Of a stretch of DNA of 64,000 bases, positions 27,044 through 42,930 are shown in pieces. Source of the stretch: the human T2T-CHM13v2.0 reference genome, Homo sapiens; the NCBI RefSeq assembly GCF_009914755.1, contig NC_060926.1; one strand, 5' to 3'. Each line of letters begins with the position of its first letter. Position 1 is the stretch's first letter. The notes under the pieces were generated by a model. The model did not search any database. It saw nothing but the letters and a program-made list of their open reading frames with translations, and was not told the DNA's origin. Position numbers and translations under genes: made by a program.

Positions 27044-27699
27044 GTAGGTATCTTTCATTATTTTTTTGTTTTAAAAAATATTTTACTTAAAAATGAAAAC
27101 AAAAACACTACCACCAGTGCATGGGCTTGTCTCAGAGAGCTTGCTGCTGCTGCCACCACTGCTGCAGCGTTTCTGAGAAGACGGAGCCCTCACAGTTGTG
27201 AACTTCTGTGGATGGGAAGGCACCTTGGAGCCTCCGTGCCCACAGGCTCCTGTCTCCTCAGCATGGGGCCCGCCCCCTTGGGGGTATGCTCTCCACAGGT
27301 GGCTGGGGACAGGGAGGTGAGCCCACCTAGAGCTGCCAACAGAGACCCTCCCCACCCCCACCCCAATGGGGGAAAGGGAAGGAGGGGTTGGGGAAACCGG
27401 GCATAGAGTTCAGCTTTGTTGCCCCTGGCTGCAAGGCCTTGTGTTGGCTGAGTTTCGCTCTCTAGCCCTCAGTTCCCTATTGTATAAAAGGCAACATTGG
27501 CACCTGCATGCTCTCTTTCTCAGGATCAGATAAGAATATACTAAAAAGTGGATCAGAATGTGCTGAGTCTGGGGTCAGCGATACGTGGCATCACTGTGCT
27601 TACCCAGGAGGCCTGAGACGCCTCTCCATCAGAGCCCAATGCTACCCAGCGCTCCTCTCCCCTTTTCCCATTCCTTGGTCAACATTAGTTGGTGGCCTG

Positions 27700-27850
27700 G
27701 CACCAATGTCCAAGAGGTGGTGTGACATAAAAGAGGCACCTCCTGGGGAGTCAGATGACCTGGATTCCAGCCCTGACCATGCCAGGCTAACCACATGGCC
27801 TTGAGCCTGCCACTCGACCTTGCTGGAACAGTTTCCTCCTGTGCTACGTG
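27700..27850 (+). mobile_element. MIR
   Basis: ggagtcagatgacctggattccagccctgacc...ccttgagc...cagtttcctcctgt. Confidence 0.6.
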
Positions 27851-27961
27851 AGGATGCTACTGCTTGTTTGAGAGACAAAGAAGATCAAGGTGGTTAAGCA
27901 CCCCCCAGCCCCAAAAGACTTGGACAAATTGCAAAACCCATAAAAGTGTAAGTACACTACT

Positions 27962-28247
27962 GGCCGGGTACAGTAGCTCACACCTGTAATCCTAGCACTT
28001 TGAGAGGCTAAGCCAGGAGGATTGCTTGAGGCCAGGAGTTTGAGATCAGCCTGGGCAACATAGCAAGACCCTGTTTCTAAAAAAGAAAAAAAAAAAACTT
28101 ACCTGGCTGTAGTGGCACACGCATGTATTGCCAGCTACTAAGGAGGCTGAGGTGGAAGGAGCCCTTGAGCCTAGGAGTTTGAGACTGCAGTGAGTTATGA
28201 TTGGGCCACAGAGGGATACCCTGTCTCTAAAAAATAATAATAAAAAA
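27962..28247 (+). mobile_element. AluJ
   Basis: ggccgggtacagtagctcacacctgtaatcc...cttgagcctaggagtttgagactgcagtgag; A-rich tail. Confidence 0.92.
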
Positions 28248-28313
28248 GAAACAAAAAATAGAATTTGGAAGAAACAGAGACATTGCAGAAAGTTTTAAAG
28301 AAATAATAATTTA

Positions 28314-28628
<315 letters not shown>

Positions 28629-29660
28629 TATAATTTGTATACTCAAGAAAAGATAGTATATCTATAAAACAAAACCAGGACACTATAAAGATAAAAAGAA
28701 CAATTGAAGAACAAGAACAACCTTAGAAGTTTAAAATATGATAGACAAAATTTAAAAAATTCTATGAAGTTTGGAAGTTAGTCAAGGAATTCTTCCAGAA
28801 AGTAAGATTTTAAAAACAAAGTAGAAAATGGGTAAGAAATAGAAATGGAAATTTTGAGAGTAAATCCAGAAGGTCCGATATTTAGAAGAAAAAACAGAAG
28901 AGAATGTTAAGGGAGGAAATGCAAAGAAAGAGGAAATCTCCGAGAACTGAAGAATGTGTCTGTAGGTTAAAAATGTCTACCAAGGCCCAGCACAATGCTG
29001 AAAGAGACCCATAACAAGGTGTATTGTGGTGAAATTTCGGATCACAGGGAATAAAATGAAGATCCTGAAAACTTCCAGAAAGAAAAAAAAAAACAGGTCA
29101 TACCCAAGGATCAGGAATAAAACTGGCATGGAATGTCTCAGTGACATTGGAAACTTGAAGACAGTGAGACAACACCTTTAATTATATTTTCAACCCAGAA
29201 TTCTCTGCCCAACCAGACTATCAGTCAAATGTGAGTGTAGGAAGAAACTTGTTTCAGCTGCACAGAGTTGTACAGCAAAAATTTACTTCCCCTGCATTCT
29301 TTCTCCGGAAGCTAGTGGAGGATGTGTTCTCATCCTAAAGAGGGACCACACTGAGCAGAGAAGTCATGGGATCCAGGAAACAGGGTCATCACAAGAGAGA
29401 AGTGGAAGGAATCCCACATGGTTCTTAATGAGTAATATGTGCTTAACTTTCATCATGACAATGTGGATTTAACACAAATTGAGCTAAAATGATTGCATAT
29501 GGAGAGAGAATGACAGTTGGTATAATTGAGTTAAAAATCCTCATCCGCCTATAAATCAGGACATTTCTGAATCTGGTGAACGAAAAACAGTAATATAGTC
29601 ATGTTAATTGGGCACATGGAGGAAGAAACTGCTTTAAAAAGTAAGGATTAATTTTATATA
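28629..29660 (+). mobile_element. Old L1M ORF1-region fragment
   Basis: A-rich; gtgaaatttc...gaagatcctgaaaacttccagaaagaaaa...ttttcaacccagaattct. Confidence 0.65.
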
Positions 29661-29680
29661 AAGTGAATTTTACCCCAGTT

Positions 29681-30005
<325 letters not shown>

Positions 30006-31194
30006 ACCCCAGTTTTTTAAAAAGCGAGGAGTGGGAGCTGGATTATTGAATGGACAAATGTGTTGACTTTTAAAATAAAACTTTAAATTTTTAAAAAAGT
30101 ATGTTCATTGTAAAACCTTCAATACAGAAAATGTTGCAGAGAGGTAGTCAGTTATCACTTTGGTATATATCCTTCCAAATATATATGTTTGACCCTCACA
30201 GAGTACTATATGGAGATTTTGAATGATTTTTGGTTGTGGAAGTATGGAATTATTTCCAAACATGTCATCCTAGTGCTCTTGACATTCTTTTTTCATGTGG
30301 CAAAATACCTTTTTTAATATATATGGGATCTGCTTGATCATTTTAAATGCCTTCATAGAGTCTCTAATAGAGCTGTGCCATACTTATTTTAGCCAGCCTC
30401 CTACTGCTGGACATTCAGGTTCTTCCCAATCTGCCATTATAAACACTATCACAGTGAACGTATTCATACATAGATCTTTCATACATGTTGCTGATTATTT
30501 CCTTAGGATACACTCTTGAATATAGCATTGTTGAATCAAATATATGCAGTTTACCTCAACAGCATTTATTTAGTTTTATTCAGCTGGGATTACAGACGAT
30601 CAGGTTGGAGAGACAAGGCTTATATATCAGAGGTGTGTGGTTTCTATGGAAATATGCCAAATGAATGACGTAAGTGAGCCTGCAGGCTGCTCAGAGAAAA
30701 CTTAATGGAAGCTATGGAACTTGAGCCAGGAATCAAACCCTGGTTGAAATTTAGATAGGCTGGGTTGGGGGAGGAGGCCAGGAGAGATTGTCCCTTGTAC
30801 GAAGGCATGTTCTGAAGGTGGCCATGGGACCATCAACCCTTAAAGTAATCTCAGTCTTCCCAGCCTTTGGCCACCTGCTGTACCTTACGTCTGTCTGCCA
30901 TCATTACTGCCTGAAAGACCTGAATATTCCTACCTTGCATAGGTGTCAAGAAAACTCACACCTGATAAAAGGGCAGGTAGAGAGAGGCCACAGGTCATTT
31001 TAGGGTACTTTGTAACTTAAAGAAGAGACAAGTAGATCAATCAAATTAGGGAATTCCTGTCCAGGCAGACATAATAGAAGAAACAAAAGAGAACTTAAAA
31101 TAGTAATAAAACCTTGAAGCCTCTAGAAGAAAAATAGGAGAACTTTCAAACTCAGGGTAGGCAAAGATTTGGACAGAGCACAAAAAGCACTGTT

Positions 31195-31823
31195 TGTTTT
31201 AGTTTGCTACTGCTGCCATAACAAATTACCAGAAATTTAGCATGTTAAAGCAATATAAATGTATTATCTTACAGTTCCCTTAGATTAGAAATCCAGTGTG
31301 CTCACTGGGTCTTTGCTTAGAGTCTCACAACACCAAAATCAGTGTTAGCAGGGCTGGATTTATTTAGAAGGCCTCTGGGGCCTATTTCCTATCTATTTCC
31401 TTGCTCATTCGCGTTGTTGGCAGAATTCAGTTGCTAGTGGTTTTAAATTTTAGGACTCCATTTTTTTGCTAGCTATCAGTTAAGGCCCGTTCCCAGCTCA
31501 TAGAGGCCACTCACATTCCTCTTGTGGACTTACAGTCCTCTTCCTCCATCTTCAAAGCTGGCAGTGGCAGGTCTAGTGCCTTCCATGCTTGGAATCTCTC
31601 CTGCCTCTTCTTCCATTGTTATATCTTTATGATTCACCCTAAGGCCTTCCTCTTCTATTTTTAAGGGCTCCTGTGATAGATTGAGCCCATCTGCATAATC
31701 CATCTGAAGATCACTTAATCACATCTGTAAAGTCCCTTTTGCCATGTAATGTAATCTATTCATAGTTTCTGAGGATTAGGACATAGGTACTTTTTGTCAG
31801 AGAGGGGCTTCTCTGCCTACCAC
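31195..31823 (-). mobile_element. MLT1 (E/F-like) LTR inserted in L1
   Basis: tagtttgctactgctgccataacaaattacc...taatcacatctgtaaagtcccttttgccatgtaa...ctgcctaccac. Confidence 0.8.
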
Positions 31824-32690
31824 TTCCTAAAATTTAAAAAAGATACATTGAATTTCATCAAAATAAGAAATTGCTGTCCATAAGAGACATCACTGAGAAA
31901 ATGAATAGATGAACCACAAACTGGAAAAAAATATTCACAACACGTATACTTCACAAAGGACAAATAAATAGTAAACAACCAAATTTTTAAAATGAGCAAA
32001 AGACTTGAGCAGACACTAGACAAAATAAGTTATACAAATGAACAATAAGCACATGTTAAAATGATGCTTAACAGCATAAGTCATCATGTAACCGCAAATT
32101 AAAACACATCTATTAGAATGGGTAAAATTAACAACAACAACAACAACAAAACAAAACACTCTACCCAACTGGAACTTTTGTATATTGCTGGTGGGAGTGG
32201 AAAATGATACAAACACATTGGAAAACTGTTGGCTTCTCATAAAGTTAAATATATTTTACTTGTATGTAATTATGCAGAAGAAATGAAAAAGTGTTCACAA
32301 AAAGACATGAACAACAACATTTATGTCACCTTTATTTAATAGTTCAAAACGGAAAACAACCCAAATGTCTATTAACAGTAGAATAAATAAATTGTACAAT
32401 GGAATATGACTCATTTTTTAAAAAAGAATGAATTATCAATACATGTAACAACACAGATGAGTCTCGAAAACATTCCATTTGTATGAAATTCAAGAACAGA
32501 CAAAAGAATAGTGATGGAAATCAGAAAATGCTTGCAAAACTAGGAGATTTGTACAAGAGGGAACTTTCTAGTCTGATGAAAAAGTTGTGCTATCTTGTTT
32601 TGATGGTGCTTACATGGGTGTTTATGATTGTTAAAGCTCATTGAACAGAAAAACCTAAGCTTTTTGTATTTTATTGTATCCAATAAATAA
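31824..32690 (+). mobile_element. L1MC/ME-like 3' end
   Basis: aaaatgagcaaaagacttgagcagacac...ctggaactttt...attgctggtgggagtg...caataaataa. Confidence 0.75.
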
Positions 32691-32962
32691 TGAAGGTTCA
32701 TGAAGATACATGAGAAGATATTACAGAGAACCAAAATTAATTTTTGGAAATAAAAATCAGTTTATTAATTTTAAACCACTAGTTGTCATTTAAAAATAAG
32801 AATGATGAGGGCATATATGGCAGAGTGAAGACTTCCAAAAATCTTCTTTTCTATAAAGGCAATGAGTATACTGGCAAAAATGGTCAAAATCAATTGGTTC
32901 AGAACTCTGAAAATTAACAGAGGCTTACAGCACTCTGGGTAGCATTTATTTAAGAAAAATGG

Positions 32963-33383
32963 TGTATTAGTCTGTTCTTGCAGTTCTATAAAGAAATACC
33001 TGAGGCTGAGTAATTTATAAAGAAAAGAAGTTTAATTGGCTCATGGTTCTGCAGGCTATACAAGCATGGCACCAGCATCTTCTCAGCTTCTGGTGAGCCC
33101 TCAGGGAGGTTTTATTTATGGCAGAAGGAAAAGCGGGAGCGAGCATCTTACATGATGAGAGAAGGATTAAACGAGAGAGGGAGGAGGTGCCACACACTTA
33201 AACAAACAGGTCTTGCGTAAACTCAGAGCTAGAACTCACTCATCACCAAGGGGATGGCACTAAGTCATTCATGAGGGATTTGTCCCCCATTATCCAAATA
33301 CCTTCCACCAGGCCCTACCTCCAATACTGGGGATTACCTTTCAGCATGAGATTTGGAGGGGACAAAACATCCAAATCATATCA
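32963..33383 (-). mobile_element. MSTA LTR
   Basis: tgtattagtctgttcttgc...aacatccaaatcatatca; 5-bp TSD aatgg at 32958-32962 and 33384-33388. Confidence 0.9.
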
Positions 33384-35106
33384 AATGGGTTCTTAGAGAG
33401 CTTTATGATGTTTTAACTTGCCCTGTTGCTATCGTCCTCTCTCTAGCTCCAAGTAGACTTTAAAGGCAACATCTTTGATGTTATAGTGAAAATCAATAGC
33501 CTAAAAGTCCCTGAAGGGGACAGAATGGGGTTGGAGATCCTACAAAAAAGCCCCTTTCTTAGAGAGTTATCATTATTTGGCCTGTCTGGCAGTTCCCTGG
33601 AAAACCCTACATCCTGTACCTGCCTTTATTTGGCTTAACTCAGAATCAGTGACAACAGCTTTTTCCCTGAGAATGTTTGTCAAAAACAATCACTGTCCAT
33701 TTTTTAACATTGCAGCTGCCAGAGGTAGTAGTAACAGTTGGAGCAAACAAAAAGCTAACCAAAAAAACCTTAAAAGGGAAAGCTGGGGAATGAGATATTC
33801 ACAGGGAGATTTGAAAAGCTCTTTCATATTCCTGGGAACTTCAAAGGCCAGTGAAGGGCTGTGCACATGTCCAGAGCTGTGTGCATACTCAGGAGACGTG
33901 AAAAGGCCCTAAACAATTACCTGAGATTGACCCTGAGGTTCTATGCAAGTGGCAAATGAAGGCTAAGACAGAGTTATAAACTGCCTTCCTGAACATTGAA
34001 AATGCACCCCAGTATACACACAGGGACTCTTAGCTACAGCAAAGGTCTGTGATTCTGGTATTTAAGGAAATATCTGTCCAACCATTATCTGACTACTAAC
34101 CTAATGAAGCAGTCACTTCAGTGGCCACACATGACAAAGAGTATTACTTTACAGAATTAGATCAGAAAAGGCACTGAAGAAACAGCCACACAAAAGAGCA
34201 GCAACAACAAAGCTTGGGGAAGGGAGAGAATCTAATTCCAGAGATCTCACATTATATTATTTAAAATGTGTAGTTTTCAACAAGAAGTTATGAGATGTTG
34301 CAAAAAAGAAAGTATGGCTCATACACAGATAGAAAAAACCCATACAGTCAGTAGAAACCATCCCTAGGAGGCACAAATGTTTAACTTAGTAGACAAAGAT
34401 TTTTAAATCAGCTATTTTAAGTATGTTCAAATAACTGAAGGAGAGTATGTCTAAAGAACTGAGGAAAGTATGAGAACAGTGTCTCACCAAATAGAGACTT
34501 GAAGAGATAGAAACTATAAAGATATCTAAATACAAATTCTGGAGTTCAAAATTATAATAACTGAAATGAAAAATTCATTAAGAGAGGCTCAACTGTAGGT
34601 TTGAGAAGGCAGAAGAAAGAATCAGCAAACTTGAAGACAGGTCAATTGAGATTATCCAGTCTGAGGAACAGAAAGGAAAAAAGAATGAAGAAAAATGAAC
34701 AGAGCCTCAGAGACCTGTGGGACACAATCAAGTGCACCAATATACATATAATAGGAGTTCCAGAAGAAGAGTAAATTGAGAAGGGGGGAGATAAAAATGT
34801 TTGAATAAATCATGACCAAAAACATCCCATGTTTGATGGAAAACATGAATCTACATATCCAGGAAGCCCAATGAACTCCACATAGGATAAACTCAAAGAG
34901 ATCCACACTTGATACATCATACTCAAATCATTGAAAGCCAAAGACAGAATCTTTAAAATAGCAAGAAAGGAGTGACTTATCATGTATAAGGGATCATCAA
35001 TAAGAGTAACAGCTAATTTCTCATCAGAAACCATGGAGGTCAGGAAGGTGGTAGGGTGATGTATTCAAACTGCTGAAAGAAAAAGACAACCAAGAATTTT
35101 CTATTC

Positions 35107-35404
35107 GGCCAGGCGCAGTGGCTCACGCTTGTAATCCCAGCACTTTGGGAGGCCGAGGCAGGCAGATCACAAGGTCAGGAGATCGAGACCATCCTGGCTA
35201 ACACAGTGAAACCCATCTCTACTAAAAATACAAAAAAAATTAGCTGGGCGTGGTGGCAGGCGCCTGTAGTCCCAGCTACTCGGGAGGCTGAGGCAGGAGA
35301 ATTGGCGTGAACCCGGGAGGCGGAGCTTGCAGTGAGCCGAGATCGCACCACTGCACTCCAGCCTGGGCAACAGAGCGAGACTGTCTCAAAAAAAAAAAAA
35401 AAAA
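35107..35404 (+). mobile_element. AluY
   Basis: gagatcgagaccatcctggctaacac, ggcggagcttgcagtgagccgag; TSD about aattt(t)ctattc. Confidence 0.96.
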
Positions 35405-35439
35405 TTTCTATTCATCAAAAATATCTTTCAAAAATGAAT

Positions 35440-36242
<803 letters not shown>

Positions 36243-37134
36243 TTAATGAAGAGATATGACAGATTTGGTAGTTCTAGTATTTGATTGATAGGAGACCTAG
36301 AAGCAGAGAGAGAGCTGGAAAGAGGAGTAGCAGCAAGCCAGAAGCAACAGAAGAATTCTTTCCAGAGGGAAGAATGGACTTAAGACTCAAGAATATTCCA
36401 GCTGCCAGGCATCTCCTTATGAGACTAACAAATTCTAAGGAGAAAGAAAATCTTTTTCTAGATAAATAACAAACATCAAATCTACCATAAGGACAACTAG
36501 AAAAAGTGAAAAAAAAAAAAAAATCTGAACTACCTGGTCCATGCTACCAGAGAACTGATAGGACAATAAAGAATCTGAGAGCAGAGGCTCACTTATTCCC
36601 TTGAGGGCTTACAGTGGTTCCCAAGAGAAAGGCCAAGAGAAAGGATTAGATGGATTAGACACTAAGTGTCTAAAGACACTTAGTGCTTTAGACAGTGTCT
36701 TAGTGAGAAGTGGCAGGGATTGCTTTCTAGGGTCCGTTAGGGGAAGGATACTTGTTGAAACCCCTCTCACTTTGATCTAGAATCCAAAAGGCTAAATCTA
36801 AACCTCTAGAGTAAAGGAACCAGAAGCAGGTGTTCATAGGGACTACAGGTTCATTAAGTTTCTGAAAGTAAATGAAAATATTTTAGAGTGCTAGTGCTCC
36901 TTGGAACCTTGCAGAAGTAGTTACAAATCTTGTCTGGAGAAAGCACCATCCTAGACCTCAAATAATTTCTACAAGCAATTCTTAAAATATAGTGTTCAGC
37001 ATAAAATCATGAATTCTCAGAAACATGAGGAGATAAGAAATATGAACAGAAACAATAAACATAGAAATAGATCCAAAGGGGCTGTATATATTAGAGTTAA
37101 GAGACAGACACTAAAATAACTGTTATTGACTATA

Positions 37135-37544
37135 TGTCTTAGTTAATAGGGGCTGCTATAGCAGAATATTGTAGACTGGGTGACTTAAAAAATAGAAATT
37201 TATTGCTCACAGTTCTGGAACCTGAGAAGTGCAAGATAAAGATGCTAGGATATCTGTTGTCTGATGGGGGCCAGCTTCCTGGTTTGCAGATGGACGTCGT
37301 CTTGTTGTGTTCTCACATGGCAGAGAGCAGAGCAGAGGAAGCAAGCTCTTGTGTCTCTTCTTTTAAAGGCACTAATCCCATTCATGAAGACTCTACCCTC
37401 ATGACTTAATCACCTCTGAAAGGCCCCACCCCTAATACCATCACATTGGGATATAAGATTTCAACACATAAATTTTGGGGTTTGTGTCAGAGGACAGACC
37501 TACTTAAAGAAACTTTAGGGGGACACAAACATTCAGTCATAACA
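37135..37544 (-). mobile_element. MLT1A-like MaLR LTR within old L1M sequence (about 36150-38400)
   Basis: tgtcttagt...ctgctatagcagaat...tttattgctcacagttctgga...ggacacaaacattcagtcataaca. Confidence 0.85.
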
Positions 37545-38787
37545 CTAGGTAAAGAAGAATAAGGACATTATTGAACATTTTCAGAGAACTAGAAACCATG
37601 AAAAGAACCAAATAGATATTCTAGAATTAAAAGAAAAATTTCAAGAAGCAAATTTACAAAATGAAGCCAGAGCAATAAAAATAATGGAAAAAAAAATCAG
37701 AGGAGAGTAAAAACAGCATAGTGAGAGGTCTAATGTTACATTTATTTTGTATCTTTAAGAAGGAACACAGAAAAGGGTCAGAAGCAATATTTATAGTTGA
37801 GCATTTCTCCCAAAGTAATACAACAATTCGCAGAACAAATAAAAACAAATGTACCTAGGCACATCATAATAAAACTACTGAAAGCCATACTCAGTGGGAA
37901 AATTATAAAAGCTACCAGAAAACGCAACACTTAAAGTAGCAACAACTAGACCGACCGCTGACTTCATAACAGAAAAAACAGAGGCCTAGGCACAATATAT
38001 TTAAAGGGCTTAGAGAAAATGACTACTTAGAGAACATTTCCTTCAAGAAGTAAGGTGGAATAAAGACATTTTCAAACCTTAAAAGCTGAAAGAATGTCAG
38101 CACCACACTTACAGTATAAACAGTGCTAAGAGATGTTCCTAAGTAGAAGGCTGATGATTCCAGATGGACGTTCACCAATAGAGAAAGCATTGAAAATTCA
38201 AAGACATAAGATTTGGGGTAAACATCTGGGTTATAGCTGCATGAATAGCAACTATAGAAAAACACACACACAAATGTGTATGCTAACAAAGGAGAGACCT
38301 GATATGGCAATCTTAATGTCAGAAAAAGTGTAATTAGAACCCAAAAGAGCAGATCGAGCTGTGAACAGTGGTTAGTTAGATCACCACAGGTCCTTTCAAA
38401 GGATGGAGATAGCCAGTAACTTACTCTGAATGAACATGACAAAGATATCTTCCCAGGTAAACTCTCCTCAAAACATGCCAAGGTATTGCTCTCCCCCACC
38501 CTTCCAAATTCATATCTCCTCCTTCCCTCTTTGTATTTTTCAGTCTTTTAATCTCTCCTTTTTTCTCCCTGTTCTTTCTTTCATTTTTGTTAGTGTCTTC
38601 CTTCATCCCATCACTCCTCCTCTCTCTGAATTTCCTGTGCATTTGTCTCACCTGTTGTGGACACAATAACATATTTTTAAATTGGAGTTAATACTTTTTT
38701 TCTATTTTATTTTAAAATTGCGATAAAATGTACATAAAATTTATTATTTTAACCATTTTTAAGTATACAGTTTGGTGGCATTAAGTA

Positions 38788-39143
38788 TAGTCGTGTGTCA
38801 TTTAATGGTGGGGCTATGTTCTGTCAAATGTGTCATTAGGTGATTTCATCCTTGTGTGAACATGATAGAGTGTACTAACAGGATCCCAGATGGCACAGCT
38901 TCCTAGGCACCTAGGCTACATGTATAGCCTGTTATTCCTAGGCTACCAACCTGGACAGCTACTGTACTAAATATTATAGGCAATTGTAACACAATGGTAA
39001 GTATTTGTGTGTCTAAACATAGAAAAGGTAATGTGTTTGTTCTGGGACGTTAGGATGGCTATGACATCCCTAGGCAATAGGAATTTTTCAGCTCCATTAT
39101 AATCTGTGAGACCATTGTCATATATGTGGTTTATCATTGACTG
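38788..39143 (+). mobile_element. Tigger3a/MER7-type Tc1-mariner DNA transposon
   Basis: tagtcgtgtgtcatttaa...catgatagagtgtact...taggcaattgtaacacaatggtaagtatttgtg...ggaatttttcagctccattataatc. Confidence 0.85.
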
Positions 39144-39613
39144 TAAATGAACAATGGCTCACTTAAGAAAAAAAAAAGAGCTTTGTTTACTTTGCCATAG
39201 AATTCTAATTTTCTTCCAGCATCCATCCATCCACCTGCCAAGACACGTGGGGCACCATATGCTCAGAGTCAGCCACAGCAGTCACAGGATGCAAGCATGG
39301 GTAGCTCTGTCTTAGATTTTGTAGACTCTGTGGCTCCTTCACTCAATTGGTTAGAGTTGGAATAGTTACCGAGGTCGGACTTGAAGGGTTGGACCTATAT
39401 GAGATTTCTGGCTTTGTGTTCCACTCCATGGACATGGGAAGCCCCCGTCAGCGCAGCCTTTCACTGAAGTTATGACATTGCTGTCTTGGAGGGTGGCGGG
39501 GAGGGGGCGTGAAAAGAGATTGTTTCAAATTTAAAAAATCACTTCCCTGTGACAACTGACGATGTGATCGTCTCATCTCTTTGAATGTCATTTACTCTTT
39601 GTGCTTTCTTTGA

Positions 39614-39892
<279 letters not shown>

Positions 39893-40499
39893 TAGCTGAA
39901 GCTGTATTTACGTGAGTTGTTGCTATTTTCCCATGGGTTTTCAGTACATTGATATTTTTCATCACATTTACTCATCTGGGTGGCATTTATATTGCCATAT
40001 CCTTTACAGTTATTGATTAACTGTTGGCAGCTTGTTTTTGAACAATGATCCTGTAAGCTTCATTGCCTTGTAAGAGGTAAGACCTAATTCCTTCTTGTCA
40101 CCTCCAATTGGCTGCTACTTTGCAAGAGTGGTGCTCATTAATCAAAGCTTAGAAGAGTATTAACTATTTACCACCCTCTTGTCCAGACATACCCCTATTT
40201 TTGTTGGTTTTTGTTTTTACAGCCTTTTGAGTTTTGTGTCACATGTTAACTTTTCCCACTAAGTTACATGATAAACATTTGTGGATAAACATTTATGGAT
40301 GATCCTTTTAGATCATCAAGCACATTACATAACACTAAGTGTAGGAGTTGGTGGCATGAGATTCTGCAGAGTTTTATTTGTAAAGTGAAGAATTATCAAA
40401 CTTAAACTGCATTTCTTCTTCTTCACCAGTTGTGCATTTTGGAAGCTAGCCCACCCTTTCAGTCTCTTAGAAACTTATTTCCAAGTTCACGTCAACAAT

Positions 40500-41500
40500 T
40501 CTGCTTTCTAAGCAGTTGTCGAGTGCTACCTACACATCTAGCATAGTGCCAGGCACTGTGGATGATACAGAGCCCACCAGGGCACAGTCCCTGCCCTGAG
40601 GAATTGACCAGCTGGTGGGTGGGGAGGCAGAAATGAATATGGCTACCCGTGTGCACAGCAGAGTATGGGAAGTATTGGAGTAGGAAGGTAAGGAGAGCAC
40701 CAGGAGGCTGGGATCCTATCTGGCTGTGAGAGTCAGAGCAGGCTTCCTAGGGTGGGGCTTCATGAAATTCTACTTCAGTATGTCTGGGGTAGGGCCCAAG
40801 ACTGCATTTCTTACAAGCTCCCAAGTGATGCCCAGGTAGCCAGTCGGGGGACTCCACATGAAGAGCACGCCAAAGTTCTGTTGTGGCTATGCAAATGTGT
40901 GACCACAGGGAAGGATCATGCAGGTTTGGGGTCTAACTGTATCCTGGTCAGTGTGTGAAAGGCACAAGTAGGAGAGCAAGGAAAGAAAGCCTTGAAGGCC
41001 GTGGAGTTTATCAGCAGATGGTAGTGAGCCAGTGTAGGCTTCTGTGCAGGGGAGTCACCTGACCAGATGTCCTAACTTGTATAGGACAGGCATTTGGGGG
41101 AGTGAGAGTTGGAGGGAGTGGAAAGAAAGGAGCGTATGACAGAGACTTTGAAGGTGGACCTTGCAAGGGGAGTTCATGATCACTGGATGGTTGAGAACAA
41201 CAGAGAAGAAGGCACCAAAGTGAATGCCCGGGCTTTTAGCCTGCTTGGAAAGGGAGTCAGAGGTGGCCTTAGCCAAGGGCGGGTGGAGGGAGAGATGAGT
41301 TGGTTGAGGCCCCAGCAGCCCACCCAGGTGGAGCTGTCCAGTCAGCTTGACCACCTGGATCTGGATCTCCAGAGAGAAAAAGGAGCCAGAGGCCCAGGGA
41401 ATGGTGGCTGTGATAATTACCTGGTGCCTGAGAGAGTATGGTATTACGGGGCTTTGGAGGACATGGCCAGGCTGCCAGGAAATAGTCACCTATGATCAAA
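40500..41500 (-). mobile_element. L2 remnant with a nested MER5A-like element (about 40740-40870)
   Basis: gtgccaggcactgtggatgatacag...ccctgccctgagga; ggggtagggcccaagactgcatttcttacaagctcccaagtgatgc. Confidence 0.65.
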
Positions 41501-42038
41501 AAACTAGTAGCTGATCCTAAAAAAAGGATAGCTTTTGAAAAGTCAGGCTTTAATTATTCCAAACACAGGCTTCTAGAAATACATAATAAACCACTTAAGC
41601 CATTCATTTTCTCTCTTTCATCTGCTTATTTGTACCTCTTAAAGGAATAACTCAAAGTAGTAGGTTTACATACACATTACACTTTAAGTTATAAAACTAA
41701 GAATGCATGTGGACATCCAACTTGTTTCAGTTTTTAAAAATTCCTCCTGTTGAGTGTGAAACCCATGAAATGAGTCCTCAGGCACAGCTTGTGTAATGGG
41801 CTGATTTATTGTATGTGGATCTGTAATGGTCTATGTCAGACTTCTTTTTTCTCTTTTAAAAAGCAGAGTTTTTTTGTTTGTTTGTTTTATGTATTTATTT
41901 AAGCCGCCTTTAGCATTTGTGTTGATTCAAGGCAGTGAGAATGTTAGTTTCTCATTCTGAAAATGTTGGTGTATTTCAAAAGCAATTACATTTTAAAAAT
42001 CCAACCCTGTGTTCTGATTATTTCCTTTTCTGTTCTAG

Positions 42039-42161
<123 letters not shown>

Positions 42162-42381
42162 TAATGTGTTGTAGTTCGTGGGATTTTCTTCCCTTTGAAA
42201 AAATTATATAATCGTTTGAATGAGAGATGAACACAGATTGACTTCACTACTGGCTCACAAGTTAACTCATGTCTAAATGCATTTGTCTTTGCGAATTGTT
42301 AAGCTTTCCCATTGGGCTTCTGACATAAGGGTAAGAGGTGTTGTGGGAAGCAGTCAGCTGGACTCTCTGGGGCCATGGTAA

Positions 42382-42660
<279 letters not shown>

Positions 42661-42789
42661 TGAGGCGAAACAAATTACTTAGCCTATCAGAGAATGGAAA
42701 CTTTTAGCATCCATAGGAGATATGAGCACAGCTGTACCAAGCCCTAAAGGAAGGCCTAGATACATATCTAGTAATACTAAGTGTGTTTC

Positions 42790-42930
42790 TCCATTATTTA
42801 GCCCCTCCCCAGTGGAATATAATCTCCCATAGAGCAGGGAGTTTTGTCTGCTTTGCTTCACTGCTATTTCCCAGACACCTAGAATGTGTCTGGTGCTCAA
42901 TAAATATTTATGGAAGGAATGAGTGAATGA
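42790..42930 (+). mobile_element. L2 3' end
   Basis: gagcagggagttttgtctg...cacctagaatgtgtctggtgctcaataaatattt...gaatgagtgaatgaa. Confidence 0.8.

Larger units (their letters stand above)
32808..35430 (+). mobile_element. L1M (MC/MD-like) 5'UTR-ORF1 remnant, interrupted by MSTA and AluY
   Basis: Degenerate ORF1 (gaagaaagaatcagcaaacttgaagacagg; aatgaacagagcctcagagacctgtggg; gctaatttctcatcagaaaccatggagg). Confidence 0.85.

Noticed and set aside
27345-27400. C-run followed by G-run (possible hairpin or G4) after the 45-nt exon
   Set aside because: Low-complexity pairing with no specific support.
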